This document shows, piece after piece, positions 31,908 to 42,446 of a DNA stretch of 49,482 nucleotides (within the stretch, counting starts at the first letter, position 1; the number at the start of each line of letters is the position of its first letter). Both the position numbers and the translations under genes were made by a program. The notes beneath the pieces were generated by a model, which did not search any database, was not told the DNA's origin, and saw only the letters and a list, made by a program, of their open reading frames with translations. Source of the stretch: an uncultured Gammaproteobacteria bacterium (GTDB lineage: Bacteria; Pseudomonadota; Gammaproteobacteria; GCA-001735895); assembly GCA_937936805.1 (NCBI GenBank), contig CALDDP010000014.1:1-49482 (forward strand), written 5' to 3'.

Positions 31908-32542
31908 TAGTTCAATCCCGGCAACAGCGGTACGAAGGCGACTTTTTCCAGTTCTTCGCTAACCAGACCATCCTTGCCCCGCGTGATTTTAGTCATCGTC
32001 TGGTCGATACCATTGTCGAACGGCAGCACCATGATGCCGCCATCGTTCAACTGTGCCACCAGCGCCTCGGGTATCTCGGTACAGGCTGCAGTCATAATTA
32101 TTCTATCGAAACGATAACTGAGATTTGGCCAACCACCTGTGCCATCGGTGTAACGCAACTGCACGTTATGCATTTCGAGCTCGGCGAGGCGCTTCTTCGC
32201 CTGCAAGTGCAGGGCTTCAATGCGTTCGACGCTATACACCTGTGGGAAAATACTCGCCAGCACCGCGGTCTGGTAGCCGCAACCCGTGCCGATTTCCAGC
32301 ACCGAGCCGGGCATACCATCTTCCAGCAACAACTGGGTCATATACGCCACGATGAAAGGTTGCGATATAGTCTGCCCGTAACCAATCGGCAGCGCAGTGT
32401 CCTCGTAGGCACGGTGTGCCAGCGCCTCATCGACAAACAGGTGTCGTGGCACCCGTCGCATCACGTCGAGCACCTGCGCATTATTGATGCCTTGCCGCCG
32501 CAGGCGCGCGATCAGGCGATCGCGGGTACGCTGCGAGGTCAT
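31907..32542 (-). CDS. pcm: protein-L-isoaspartate O-methyltransferase
   Basis: MTSQRTRDRLIARL..., VPRHLFVDEALAHRAYEDTALPIGYGQTISQP, and the SAM motif VLEIGTGCGYQTAVLA. The ATG at 32542 gives the N-terminus seen in pseudomonad Pcm. An upstream in-frame GTG at 32578 is also possible. Confidence 0.93.
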   Translation of the reverse strand: MTSQRTRDRLIARLRRQGINNAQVLDVMRRVPRHLFVDEALAHRAYEDTALPIGYGQTISQPFIVAYMTQLLLEDGMPGSVLEIGTGCGYQTAVLASIFPQVYSVERIEALHLQAKKRLAELEMHNVQLRYTDGTGGWPNLSYRFDRIIMTAACTEIPEALVAQLNDGGIMVLPFDNGIDQTMTKITRGKDGLVSEELEKVAFVPLLPGLN

Positions 32543-32574
32543 ACCGATGCCCTGGTGATTTCGTTTTGAAGAGC

Positions 32575-33321
32575 TCACAGAACTTCAAGCCAACTTTGCA
32601 ACGGTTCGATTCCACGGTGGCGGGTCAAATCGATCTGCATTGGTGTAACCGATGCCGTAGCGTGTTCGACCGCAAAAAAATCAGTCCCTGGGCCCGCATC
32701 CTGTGCTTCGCCGGGGGGGCCAACCCAGTAGACTGGACGCCCATGGGGATCCTCCTGTTTTACCATCGACTCGGACTTGTGCCTGAAACCGAGCCGGGTA
32801 GCTTCGATTGCGACAATTTCATCGTCCGGCAAATCGGGAACGTTGATATTTAACAAAGTATCGTCCGGTAACGGGCTATGCGTCAGTCGCTCGACCACGC
32901 GACGCGTGATTTGCGCCGCGCTGGAAAAATGAGTGGCGGGTTTACCGACCAGCGAAACGGCAATCGCGGGCAGCCCGAGGTAACGACCTTCCATCGCGCC
33001 GGCCACGGTACCCGAGTAGAGCACGTCATCCCCCAGGTTGGGACCGGCGTTGATCCCGGAAACGACCATATCCGGGGGCCTCTCGAGCAACCCCGAAAGA
33101 GCCAGGTGGACGCAATCAGTAGGCGTGCCATCTACATAGTAATAACCGTCCTCGGATTGCACCACGCGTAGCGGGCGCATCAGGGTCAGAGAATTACTGG
33201 CACCGCTTCTGTTGCGCTCGGGTGCGACCACGGAGATGTCCGCGACCAATGCGAGTTCCTGTGCAAGAACCCTGATTCCCGGGGCGAGATAGCCGTCATC
33301 GTTGGTAATGAGTATATGCAT
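32575..33321 (-). CDS. surE: 5'/3'-nucleotidase SurE
   Basis: MHILITNDDGYLAPGIRVL, SGINAGPNLGDDVLYSGTVAGAMEG. Confidence 0.95.
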   Translation of the reverse strand: MHILITNDDGYLAPGIRVLAQELALVADISVVAPERNRSGASNSLTLMRPLRVVQSEDGYYYVDGTPTDCVHLALSGLLERPPDMVVSGINAGPNLGDDVLYSGTVAGAMEGRYLGLPAIAVSLVGKPATHFSSAAQITRRVVERLTHSPLPDDTLLNINVPDLPDDEIVAIEATRLGFRHKSESMVKQEDPHGRPVYWVGPPGEAQDAGPGTDFFAVEHATASVTPMQIDLTRHRGIEPLQSWLEVL

Positions 33322-33411
33322 CGGAACAGGATTCTATATGATTTGAATGTAGGTCTGAGAGCATTTTCGGATAATATTGGCGAAATTACCTATTTGATCT
33401 GAAAAACCAAG

Positions 33412-33915
33412 ATGAATGATGACGACGAATCTGAATTCGCCCGGCTGATTCCCGGAGTCAGGCGCCTGCATAGTGACCGTATCAATACTTATGCACGGCG
33501 TGGGCCCGGGAAATCGCCTCCCCGGACGAGAAACCGGGAAATCGATCTGCAGACAGATTTCCCCGCCGAATCCGCGCCCGCGCACGATACCCGGTTCAAT
33601 TCCGGCCTGCAAAAAAAACTGCAGCGCAAAATCAAACAGGGAGCGATTCGGCCAGAAAGCAGCATTGACCTGCATGGTTACCGTCAAACAGAAGCGCTGG
33701 AGGCGCTTGAAATATTCATTACCGAAGCGCTCCAACGTCGCCTGCGGATGGTTTTAGTGATTCATGGCCAGGGCTACCGCTCGCAAACTGATGCGATCCT
33801 CAGACCGCTGGTACAGCGCTGGCTCGCGAATCAGCCGCAGGTGCTCGCCTGGTGTCCTGCGCAGGCGCGTGACGGCGCTGCCGGCGCGAGTTACGTATAC
33901 CTGCGCTCGAACTGA
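33412..33915 (+). CDS. Smr domain protein (SmrB/YdaL-like endonuclease)
   Basis: C-terminal Smr domain IDLHGYRQTEALEALEIFI...LVIHGQGYRS....LRPLVQRWL. Confidence 0.8.
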   Translation: MNDDDESEFARLIPGVRRLHSDRINTYARRGPGKSPPRTRNREIDLQTDFPAESAPAHDTRFNSGLQKKLQRKIKQGAIRPESSIDLHGYRQTEALEALEIFITEALQRRLRMVLVIHGQGYRSQTDAILRPLVQRWLANQPQVLAWCPAQARDGAAGASYVYLRSN

Positions 33916-34686
33916 TTATCTGTCGATGGGCCAGTTGATCTCGGCGGCGGTTTGTATTCCGACGACCACCTCGGCGAGGGATCGGGGCATTATCGCCTGC
34001 TGTGCCGAAAGTGGAATTCTACCGCCCATGATCTCTGCCCGACGCTGCGGGTAAAGCGGTTTCAGGTAGGGCTCTGCATAACCTTGCGGATATTGCGGAA
34101 TACTATCCATAGCGTACTTGTCCGACGCACCCAGGGTATGCATCAGCTCGTGGGCAATTACGACCTGGTTGGAGCCTCGATAGGATTTATCGGCAAACGC
34201 GTTGATGATACCGATTAGTCCACCTTCCAGGCCAACCGAATGGCGCAGGGAGTGGGTAGTTTCAATATCATAATAGGTCACGAATAGTTCGACATCACCT
34301 TCGTCCTGGTCGCTGTTCCAGGCGCGATGAGCTGCCCAGGCCCTGAACCTGAGGCTCCACCAGATATTCCCAAGCACGGATTGCTCCGCGGGTAGCTCTG
34401 GGGGACCCGACTGCAGGCGGCCGTTGTACTCGACGTCGATCGCATCGATCAGAACACCGTGACGCCTGGCCTCGCTGTTAACGAATTTTTCCACCGCCGC
34501 AAAACTGTTCCTGGTCAGTGAATCTATGTATTTTTCGGTAGCATTTCGACCGTCGCCATTGACCGCGTATATTCGCACCCAGAGCGGATTCTCCCAACTG
34601 GTAGAACGGGATTTGATCAGGGCTTCGTTGACTGCAACAAACAGCAGTACCAGCAGCAGGATCAAGTAGCGCAGGTTTTTTCGCAT
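33916..34686 (-). CDS. membrane-anchored putative zinc metalloprotease (HExxH), family unknown
   Basis: N-terminal TM helix YLILLLVLLFVAV and the HELMH motif in VVIAHELMHTLGASDKY. I recognise no further family. Confidence 0.55.
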   Translation of the reverse strand: MRKNLRYLILLLVLLFVAVNEALIKSRSTSWENPLWVRIYAVNGDGRNATEKYIDSLTRNSFAAVEKFVNSEARRHGVLIDAIDVEYNGRLQSGPPELPAEQSVLGNIWWSLRFRAWAAHRAWNSDQDEGDVELFVTYYDIETTHSLRHSVGLEGGLIGIINAFADKSYRGSNQVVIAHELMHTLGASDKYAMDSIPQYPQGYAEPYLKPLYPQRRAEIMGGRIPLSAQQAIMPRSLAEVVVGIQTAAEINWPIDR

Positions 34687-34693
34687 CGAGCTT

Positions 34694-35725
34694 TTAGCTT
34701 ACCAGTCGTTCCGCCTGGTACAGTGTTTCGATGCCGGCGGTTTTCCTGTAAGCGTTTTCACTGAGGTAACGGCGCCAACGCCGCGCATTGGGCTCACCGT
34801 GGAACAGGCCTATCAGGTGGCGGACCATGCGCGTCAATGGCATTCCCTGGCTGAGCTGTCGTTCGATATAGGGATAAATCCGATGCAGCATTGCAATTCT
34901 GTCAGGGATTTCGACCTGTTGCTGAGCAAAAATCACCTGGTCGACATTATGCAACAGGTAAGGATTTTGATAGGGCTCGCGCCCGAGCATAACCCCATCG
35001 ACATGTTGCAAATGCGCGAGACAGGCCTGCAGGGTTTTAATGCCGCCATTGATAATGATCTCCTGCGCGGGGAAATCCTGTTTCAACCGATAAACCCAGT
35101 CATACTTGAGCGGCGGAATCTCCCGGTTCTGCCTGGGATTGAGCCCCTGTAACCAGGCATTGCGCGCATGCACAATCATCGCTTCCGCACCGGCGTCAAC
35201 CTGTGCCGCGACGAAACCGGCGAAAATATCGTAGTCATTCTGCTGATCGATGCCGGTGCGATGTTTTACCGTTACCGGTAAACTGGTTGCCGATTTCAGC
35301 GCCGCCACGCAGTCGGCCACTAACCCGGGATCCTTCATCAGGCAGGCGCCGAAACTACCCGACTGGACCCGGTCGCTGGGGCATCCGCAATTCAGATTGA
35401 TTTCGTCGTAACCATATTCATTGCAAATCTGCGCCGCACGATACAACTGTTCCGGGTCCGATCCGCCGAGTTGAACCGCCAACGGGTGCTCCTCGTCACT
35501 GAAGCCGAGCAGACGATCAGGATCGCCATGCAGGATGGCCGCGGCGGTAACCATTTCGGTGTACAGCAGTATGTTTTCGGAAAACAGGCGCAGGAAAAAT
35601 CGGGAATGGCGGTCCGAGCAGTCCATCATCGGCGCCACACTGAAGCGGCGCCCGACTGTTGACCTGGTTTCGTTTTGCTCTTTCACCGTCCTCTTCGCCT
35701 GCAACTCAGGCAACTCTTCTGACAT
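34694..35725 (-). CDS. dusA: tRNA-dihydrouridine(20/20a) synthase DusA
   Basis: RFSVAPMMDCSDRHSRFF, EINLNCGCPSDRV and VKHRTGID match DusA. The start is uncertain (ATG at 35725, 35734 or 35758), and each choice overlaps the relA 3' end. Confidence 0.9.
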   Translation of the reverse strand: MSEELPELQAKRTVKEQNETRSTVGRRFSVAPMMDCSDRHSRFFLRLFSENILLYTEMVTAAAILHGDPDRLLGFSDEEHPLAVQLGGSDPEQLYRAAQICNEYGYDEINLNCGCPSDRVQSGSFGACLMKDPGLVADCVAALKSATSLPVTVKHRTGIDQQNDYDIFAGFVAAQVDAGAEAMIVHARNAWLQGLNPRQNREIPPLKYDWVYRLKQDFPAQEIIINGGIKTLQACLAHLQHVDGVMLGREPYQNPYLLHNVDQVIFAQQQVEIPDRIAMLHRIYPYIERQLSQGMPLTRMVRHLIGLFHGEPNARRWRRYLSENAYRKTAGIETLYQAERLVS

Positions 35726-37826
35726 CTTGCACATTAGGCAATTGCGATAACTTGTCAATAATAACCACCAGTTCGTCGACGCTGCGAATTTCCATGATCA
35801 TATTGGTGTACACCATCTGCTCGACCTTGTTAGTGGTGGAATTGATGTCTAACAGGTTGATCTTCAGGTTGGCCAGAATGGTACTGATATCCTGCATCAG
35901 GCCGGTTCGCTGGTAAGCGGTCATGCTCAGCTCTACCGGGTAAACCGAATCATTCTGACGCCCCCATTCGACCTCTATCAGGCGCTGGTGCTTGGCTTCC
36001 GGCAAGGAGAGGATATTCGAACAGCTGCGCTTGTGTATGGAAATACCGCTATTGATCGTAATGAAGCCTATGATCTCATCGCCCGGCACGGGTTTGCAGC
36101 AGCGCGCGAACTGGGTCATCAGGTTGCCGACTCCCTGCACACTGACATCGTCCTTGGACGTCGGCGCCTTGCTTTCCTTTTTGATCTTCCTGAACGGATC
36201 ATGTTCAGGCGTGGATTGCAGGAAGCCCAGGATCTGTGCCGAGGTGATCAGGCCACGGCCGATATCAGCAAAAAACTGGTCGGTTTCCTTGCGCTTGAAA
36301 TGCGCCACGAGCTGTTTCAGATTCGCATTGTGAATCGAGTATTTACTTAGAATGCGATCATAAATTGATTTACCATCGAGCAGGTTCTGTTCGAAATCCT
36401 GGTGATTAAACCAGTTGCGCACCTTGGATCGGGTTCCGGCAGACTTGATAAAACCCAGGTTCCTGTTCATCCAGTCACGGCTGGGCCGGCTTTCCTTCGT
36501 GGTCAGGATTTCGACTTCATCACCGGTCTGTAACACCGTGGTCAGATTCACGATCCGGCCATTGACCTTGGCACCGCGACAGCGATGGCCAACCTCGGAG
36601 TGAATACTGTAGGCGAAATCGAGCGGTGTTCCACCCTGTGGAATGTCGATAATCTGGCCTCTAGGCGTAAACACGTATACGCGGTCACTGGATAATTCGG
36701 TTGAAATCTCCGATATCGCATCCGACACTTCCTCCGCGGAACCCTGCAACAGGTCCCGCATCTGCGCAATATTCGAGTCCATGCGCTGATCCAGCTTCGC
36801 ACCTTCCTTGTAGCGCCAGTGCGAAGCAACCCCGAGCTCGGAATTTTCGTGCATCTCGTAAGTCCTGATCTGCACCTCGACAACCTTTCCATCCTCATCG
36901 ACCACCGCGGTATGCAGCGACTGGTAGCCATTATTCTTCGGGTTCGCTACATAGTCGTCAAACTCACTCGGAATATGCTGCCAGGTGGTGTGCACCACCC
37001 CGAGGACCGCGTAACAGTCGGCTACCGAATCGACCAGTATGCGCACCGCGCGAACGTCGAAGAGTTCGTGGAACTCCAGGTTTTTACGCTTCATCTTGCG
37101 CCAGATGCTGACGATATGCTTGACCCTGCCCTCGACGCTGGCGGTCAAATCCTGATCCGCCAGTAGCTGCCTGAGACGGGTCTTGAACTGCTCGATGAAA
37201 GCTTCCCGTTCGCTGCGTTTTTCTTCCAGTAATTTGGCGATCCGCTTGTAGCCCTGTGGCTCCAGCGCGCGAAAAGCCAGGTCCTCGAGTTCCCATTTAA
37301 GCAAACCCATGCCGAGCCGGTTGGCCAGTGGCGCATAAATATCGAGCGTTTCCTGTGCAATCCAACGCCGCTGCTCGTAAGCAGCGTATTTCAACAGGCG
37401 CAGGCGTTCCACCCGATAACACAGCTTTATCAGCATAACGCGCACATCGCTGATAATCGCCATTAACAGGCGACGCAGGTTTTCCGCCTGCTGTGGACTA
37501 TCGATTTGTGCCTGCGCACCTTCCTTGAGGTTATTCAACTGGTTGACGCCCTGGGTCAAGCGGGCAATCTTGCTGCCGAATTCGGCTTCGATTCGCTTGT
37601 CATCGAGTAGATCGCGCAACCCGGGATCGCTCAGCAGGGTCGCAATGACCGTATCGCTGTCACTACCCATCTCGAGAACACGTCGGGCAACGTCAACACT
37701 GCGCGGTCGGTCATTGTCGGGCTGGTCGGCAGCGGCGGCATAGTCGAGTGCGCTGGCAAACTGATCGTTCCAGCCAAGCTGGCTGGTGACCGTTGCAACA
37801 AATTGTTTGTCCGTCACGGAATTCAT
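35706..37826 (-). CDS. relA: GTP pyrophosphokinase RelA
   Basis: RelA/SpoT synthetase domain (YQSLHTAV, VEVQIRT), TGS and ACT domains. The hydrolase HD motif is degenerate (TLLSDPG instead of LLHDxxED), so this is RelA rather than SpoT. The start is trimmed to ATG 37826, 12 nt after the ybbP stop. Confidence 0.93.
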   Translation of the reverse strand: MNSVTDKQFVATVTSQLGWNDQFASALDYAAAADQPDNDRPRSVDVARRVLEMGSDSDTVIATLLSDPGLRDLLDDKRIEAEFGSKIARLTQGVNQLNNLKEGAQAQIDSPQQAENLRRLLMAIISDVRVMLIKLCYRVERLRLLKYAAYEQRRWIAQETLDIYAPLANRLGMGLLKWELEDLAFRALEPQGYKRIAKLLEEKRSEREAFIEQFKTRLRQLLADQDLTASVEGRVKHIVSIWRKMKRKNLEFHELFDVRAVRILVDSVADCYAVLGVVHTTWQHIPSEFDDYVANPKNNGYQSLHTAVVDEDGKVVEVQIRTYEMHENSELGVASHWRYKEGAKLDQRMDSNIAQMRDLLQGSAEEVSDAISEISTELSSDRVYVFTPRGQIIDIPQGGTPLDFAYSIHSEVGHRCRGAKVNGRIVNLTTVLQTGDEVEILTTKESRPSRDWMNRNLGFIKSAGTRSKVRNWFNHQDFEQNLLDGKSIYDRILSKYSIHNANLKQLVAHFKRKETDQFFADIGRGLITSAQILGFLQSTPEHDPFRKIKKESKAPTSKDDVSVQGVGNLMTQFARCCKPVPGDEIIGFITINSGISIHKRSCSNILSLPEAKHQRLIEVEWGRQNDSVYPVELSMTAYQRTGLMQDISTILANLKINLLDINSTTNKVEQMVYTNMIMEIRSVDELVVIIDKLSQLPNVQDVRRVA

Positions 37827-37837
37827 AATCAGGCGAA

Positions 37838-40288
37838 TCAGGAACGCAGAATCTTCATCGGTGAGATATTGTAGACCCTGCGACTCACCAGGGTACCGGC
37901 GAGCGTCAGCACCAGGCAGGCCGACACGAGGCTGTATCCCCACAGTGACGCCGAGAAATGGTATTCGATATCGAAAAAGTAAACGCTGACCGCCCAGCCC
38001 GCCATGCTGGCGATGGCGGCGGCAAAGAACCCGATCAGCGCGCCCATCAGGGTGAATTCGAGCACATGCACACGATACAACTGACTGGTATGTGCACCCA
38101 GCGCGCGCAGCAGTGAAGATTCGACTTCGCGCTCATGCCTGCCGGTCTGGATAGCCGCCAACAGCACGATCGTCGCCGAGGCGAGCGCAAACAGGAAAAA
38201 GAACTGTAAAGCCACGGTGGCCTTGTCGACAATAGCCTGCACCCGCGCCATCAACTCGCTGATGTCGAGCAGCGTAATTGAAGGATAGCGCTGCAGCAGC
38301 TGTTTCAAATCAGCCTTGTGCTGGTCCCTGATCAATGCACTCAGCAACCAGGTCTGCGGCATCTCGGCGATCAATTCCGAATTCGCGATGAGGAAAAAAT
38401 TAGGTTTGAAGTTTTCCCATAATACGGAGCGGATACTGGTTACCGATGCTTGCAGGGTCTTGCTACCCACCGTCATGGTGAGCTGATCGCCTAACTTCAA
38501 ACCCAGCCTCTCGGCCAGCCCCTCCTCGACAGAAAACTGTGCCGGGTCGCGGTTTTCACTGAGCCAGTAGCCGGCGACAATTTTGTTCTGCACGGGTAAC
38601 GCGTCAGCATAGGTAATATTGAAGGTATGGGTCGCACTGTGGGATCCGCGCGGATGTGAAAACCTGATTTTATCGACATCTACCCCGTTGATCTGCGCCA
38701 TGCGGGCGCGCACCAGCGCATAGGGCGTCGAAGCTTCAATCTGGCGCTGGCGCAGAAATTCCTCGACCCCGGCAACATCACTGCTGCGAATATTGATCAG
38801 GAAATAATTGGGTATGTCAGCGGGTAACTGCGCCTGCCATTCACCCATCAGTTCATCCTTGACCACCGCGATTAACAGTATCGCGATCAGTACCAGGCTA
38901 AATCCCGACATCACGTAAATCGCCCCGCGCGAGCTCGCCTGCAGGCGGCTGAGCAGATACTGGCGCAGCCAGAACCGGCGTCGCGACGAAACCAGTAGCA
39001 GCTTGACCATCCAGCCCAGAATCAAGGGCAGGATGAAAGCGCAGGCCAGCACGATACCCAGAACCGCGATCGCCAGCAGCGAACTTTGCATCAAAATCAC
39101 GAGGACGCAGAATACGGCAGTAATGGCGCTGCCGGTCATCAGCAAACCACGCGACCAGGAACGACGATTGACCACCGTGCGCAGAACCTGCATCGGCGGA
39201 GTCGCGGTCGCATTGAGCAGATATGGCAGCGAAAAACCGGCCAGCGCGAGCAGGCCGACAACAGCTGCGGTGAAATAAGGGCGCAAAGCGTAAACCTGCG
39301 GCAAGGTTTTACCAAACCAGCCGTCCAATGCCCATTGCAGCGGAAACTGTGTTGCCCAGCCTAGTATCACACCGACTGCAGTCGCGGCAATCCAGAGCCG
39401 ACCCAACTGCCCGAGATAGTATTTGAAAAGACTAGGTTGCGAGATGCCAAATGCACGCAACATCGCTATCTTGGGCGCCTCCCGGTTTGCCGTGTATCGC
39501 GCGGTAATCGCAATTGCGGCCATCGCAATTACCAGCGTCAATACAATTGCGAGCGCGAAGAACTTGCGTGTGCGCTCGAGCGCGCTGCGCATTTCCGGAC
39601 GGGCATTTTCCAGATCCTGGATTTCTTCACCCGGTTTCAGATTAGTCGTCAGCCAGGTCTTGAAACTGGCAATGTCGGCCTGATCGCCAGCAAACATCAG
39701 GCGGTATCTAACCCTGCTGCCCGGCACCACGAGACCGGTTTGTGCAAGGTCCTTGATATTCATCAGCACCCTGGGCGCCAGGTTGAAAATGGCGCCACCG
39801 CGATCCGGCTCATAGGTAAGCAGCCAACTGGCAGCAAAATTCTGTTCACCAATAGTCAAATCCTGGCTAATAATTGACCCCAGTTTCGAATCCAGCCAGA
39901 CCTCCCCGACTGAAGGCCCCTGTTCGGCATAGCTTCGCTGTGCCGTCACATCATGCGCCCGCTCCAGTTTACCGCGCAGCGGATATGCCCCATCGACCGC
40001 CTTTAACTCGACTAACTGTGGTTCGTCATCGATAAAAACCGCGGTCCGCAGGCTCACGCTCTGGCTGACCTGCAAACCTTGTTCAAGCGCGGCAGAACGG
40101 TACTCGGAATCGAATTTCTTGCTCGACAAAACGACCAGGTCGGCGGCCAGCAGCTCGCTTGCCTGGCGGTCAAGCAGCAGGCTGATACGATTTGTAACGA
40201 GCTGGCTCGAGGTGACAATAGCAACCGTTATTACGGTGGCAACAAACATTAGCCAGTAGGAATGTATGGTTGCGTGCTTTAGCTTCAT
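37838..40288 (-). CDS. ybbP: ABC transporter permease, FtsX-like, YbbP family
   Basis: 816 aa with two FtsX-type permease modules (about 10 TM helices). It lies downstream of ybbA and divergent from tesA, as in E. coli. Confidence 0.85.
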   Translation of the reverse strand: MKLKHATIHSYWLMFVATVITVAIVTSSQLVTNRISLLLDRQASELLAADLVVLSSKKFDSEYRSAALEQGLQVSQSVSLRTAVFIDDEPQLVELKAVDGAYPLRGKLERAHDVTAQRSYAEQGPSVGEVWLDSKLGSIISQDLTIGEQNFAASWLLTYEPDRGGAIFNLAPRVLMNIKDLAQTGLVVPGSRVRYRLMFAGDQADIASFKTWLTTNLKPGEEIQDLENARPEMRSALERTRKFFALAIVLTLVIAMAAIAITARYTANREAPKIAMLRAFGISQPSLFKYYLGQLGRLWIAATAVGVILGWATQFPLQWALDGWFGKTLPQVYALRPYFTAAVVGLLALAGFSLPYLLNATATPPMQVLRTVVNRRSWSRGLLMTGSAITAVFCVLVILMQSSLLAIAVLGIVLACAFILPLILGWMVKLLLVSSRRRFWLRQYLLSRLQASSRGAIYVMSGFSLVLIAILLIAVVKDELMGEWQAQLPADIPNYFLINIRSSDVAGVEEFLRQRQIEASTPYALVRARMAQINGVDVDKIRFSHPRGSHSATHTFNITYADALPVQNKIVAGYWLSENRDPAQFSVEEGLAERLGLKLGDQLTMTVGSKTLQASVTSIRSVLWENFKPNFFLIANSELIAEMPQTWLLSALIRDQHKADLKQLLQRYPSITLLDISELMARVQAIVDKATVALQFFFLFALASATIVLLAAIQTGRHEREVESSLLRALGAHTSQLYRVHVLEFTLMGALIGFFAAAIASMAGWAVSVYFFDIEYHFSASLWGYSLVSACLVLTLAGTLVSRRVYNISPMKILRS

Positions 40289-40294
40289 CTTCGT

Positions 40295-40975
40295 TTAGTT
40301 CGCCAGCAGGCGACCGGATTCCATCAGAATCTGACGATCGCCTCGTTGCAGCAACTCTTCTTCATGCGTAACCAGCACCAGGGTAGTACCCGACTGGTCA
40401 CGTAAATGAAACATCAGGTCCGCGATCTGTCGCCCGGTAGTCGCATCGAGGTTACCCGTGGGTTCGTCAGCGAACAACACGGTCGGCCTGGTGGCAAAAG
40501 CACGCGCTATCGCGACCCGTTGCTGTTCACCACCGGATAGATGATCCACCTGCGTATAGGCTTTTGCCTCCAGCCCCACCTGTTGCAGGCTGGTTGCGGC
40601 AAGCTCGCTGGCATTCTCGATAGCGCCAAGCTCAAGCGGTAACATGACGTTCTGCAGCGCGTTGGCGCCCTTCACCAGGTGAAACGACTGGAAAACGAAT
40701 CCAACCTTACCGGCCCGGATAGATGAACGTTGCTCTTCGTTTTTATCAGCCAGATTCTGGCCCAGCAAAACCACTTCCCCCGAACTTGCCTGATCGAGGC
40801 CCGCCATCAAGCCCAGCAGCGTGGTTTTGCCCGAACCTGACGCTCCCTTGATCACGACAGCTTCCTGGTACTTAACATCCAGCGAGATATTATTTAGGAT
40901 GTCGAGTTCACCATCCGGAGTATTTACCGTCTTGCCAACCTGTTTTAACGCAATGCAAAGATTATTTTCTGCCAT
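40295..40975 (-). CDS. ybbA: ABC transporter ATP-binding protein YbbA
   Basis: Walker [11 protein letters not shown], signature [14 protein letters not shown], Walker [13 protein letters not shown]. Confidence 0.9.
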   Translation of the reverse strand: MAENNLCIALKQVGKTVNTPDGELDILNNISLDVKYQEAVVIKGASGSGKTTLLGLMAGLDQASSGEVVLLGQNLADKNEEQRSSIRAGKVGFVFQSFHLVKGANALQNVMLPLELGAIENASELAATSLQQVGLEAKAYTQVDHLSGGEQQRVAIARAFATRPTVLFADEPTGNLDATTGRQIADLMFHLRDQSGTTLVLVTHEEELLQRGDRQILMESGRLLAN

Positions 40976-41651
40976 GACTCTGTTCTTGCTGCTGGGTTTC
41001 CACAGCTACGGTTATGCGAATCACTCCGCATCGAAAATCCTGATTTTAGGCGACAGTTTAAGTGCCGCCCACAATATACCGGTAGACAAGGGGTGGACAC
41101 ACCTGTTTAGCTCCAATATAAGGTCAAGTTTCCCACAAACAAGCGTTATAAACGCAAGCATCAGCGGAGAAACTACCTTCGGCGGTTTACAACGCCTGCC
41201 CGGACTGCTGGCTGATCATCAGCCGACCCATCTGATCATCGAGCTGGGTGGTAACGACGGGCTCAGGGGACTTGGTTTCGGGCAGAGTACCGACAACCTG
41301 CGGCAAATGGTGCGGCTAGCCGAGGACCGGGAGATCGAGGTTTTGCTGATCGGCGTGCGTATGCCGCCTAATTTTGGCGCTGCCTATAATGCTCGCTTTC
41401 AGCAGGTATTCGAAAGCGTCGCCGATGAATTCCGTATTCACTACCTGCCCAGGTTTCTCGAGGGAGTCGCAGCCGGCGATCCGGCGCTAATGCAGGCCGA
41501 CGGAATCCATCCAACCGCCCTGGCACAACCCATACTGGCGCAAAAGGTCGAACACCTGATGCGGCAAATCCTCACTCATCAAGCAACGTCTCAAGCTGGT
41601 GTAAATCGGTTACCTGGTGCTCCGGCTCAGGCAGGTGATCAGGCCACTTGA
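40953..41651 (+). CDS. tesA: SGNH/GDSL hydrolase TesA (acyl-CoA thioesterase I / lysophospholipase L1)
   Basis: GDSLSA block (ILILGDSLSAAH), GGNDGL, and DGIHP (DxxH). The signal peptide is [22 protein letters not shown] if the start is ATG 40953; ATG 40974 is the alternative. The 3' end overlaps the convergent HAD gene. Confidence 0.88.
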   Translation: MQRLFSAMTLFLLLGFHSYGYANHSASKILILGDSLSAAHNIPVDKGWTHLFSSNIRSSFPQTSVINASISGETTFGGLQRLPGLLADHQPTHLIIELGGNDGLRGLGFGQSTDNLRQMVRLAEDREIEVLLIGVRMPPNFGAAYNARFQQVFESVADEFRIHYLPRFLEGVAAGDPALMQADGIHPTALAQPILAQKVEHLMRQILTHQATSQAGVNRLPGAPAQAGDQAT

Positions 41652-42438
41652 TACTGTCGCGATTGATCCACACGGCGTGATAACCCGCTGCCAGCGCACC
41701 AGCCACATCATATGCCGGATGATCACCAACGTAGACTATTTCTTCGGGGGACGCGTCGAAACGCTCTGCCAGGTGCTCGTAGATCAAGCTGTCCGGTTTG
41801 GCTGCCATAACATCGGATGCACTAACCGAGTGCTCGATCAGATGAGCCAGGCCGACATGCTCGACGCTGGCATTGCCATTACTGATCGAGCCGAGGCGGA
41901 ATTTCTGCTTTAAGCGCTGCAGGCAGGGTAAAACATCGGCGTAAAATTCAACCTGCTGACGCGCCTCGAAAAATACCTCGAACCCGTTTGTGGACAACTG
42001 TTCACCGTCGTAATCATGGATATCACCAAGATGCTGCAGAAAATCGCAACGCATGGCGGTCATATCCACCGTGTAGCGTTGTTCCCTTGAACTGAATTCT
42101 CGCCGATACTCGACCATTTGCGTGGGACTATAGCGTTCGGTGACACGCGGATAATGCTCCGCGAGCCATTGGTACAGAGTCTCCTCCGCGCGATGAATCG
42201 TCGGCATACAGGGCCACAGGGTATCATCGAGGTCAAAGGCAATTACGGTTACTTGTTCGAACACGGCAGTTCCACTCAGCGTAGCGGGGAATTCTAAGGG
42301 TTTTACAGGCAATACGATAGATTTACGAGGCTGGATATATGGATAAAGCGACAGCCGTCGAGCTGAAAAAATGTTTAGGCATAATTCTTTCCCTGTCGAC
42401 GAATGTTCTTTACTATTACCCGCCATCAAAGCGCACAC
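41572..42438 (-). CDS. HAD-superfamily hydrolase
   Basis: Motif [11 protein letters not shown], motif II SISNGN, motifs III/IV KPD...[10 protein letters not shown]. The ORF-track start at 42438 lies 9 bp from the ispG ATG. An internal start (TTG 42312 or GTG 42264, just before motif I) is more likely. Confidence 0.78.
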   Translation of the reverse strand: MCALMAGNSKEHSSTGKELCLNIFSARRLSLYPYIQPRKSIVLPVKPLEFPATLSGTAVFEQVTVIAFDLDDTLWPCMPTIHRAEETLYQWLAEHYPRVTERYSPTQMVEYRREFSSREQRYTVDMTAMRCDFLQHLGDIHDYDGEQLSTNGFEVFFEARQQVEFYADVLPCLQRLKQKFRLGSISNGNASVEHVGLAHLIEHSVSASDVMAAKPDSLIYEHLAERFDASPEEIVYVGDHPAYDVAGALAAGYHAVWINRDSIKWPDHLPEPEHQVTDLHQLETLLDE

Positions 42439-42446
42439 AGTATTTC

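Noticed and set aside
40953-40976. Divergent tesA and ybbA start codons overlapping (CATG at 40973-40976, or a 23-bp overlap if tesA starts at 40953)
   Set aside because: It is real in the sequence, but divergent tesA/ybbA with a minimal spacer is, as I recall, the known arrangement in E. coli. I recorded it only as start-codon uncertainty.
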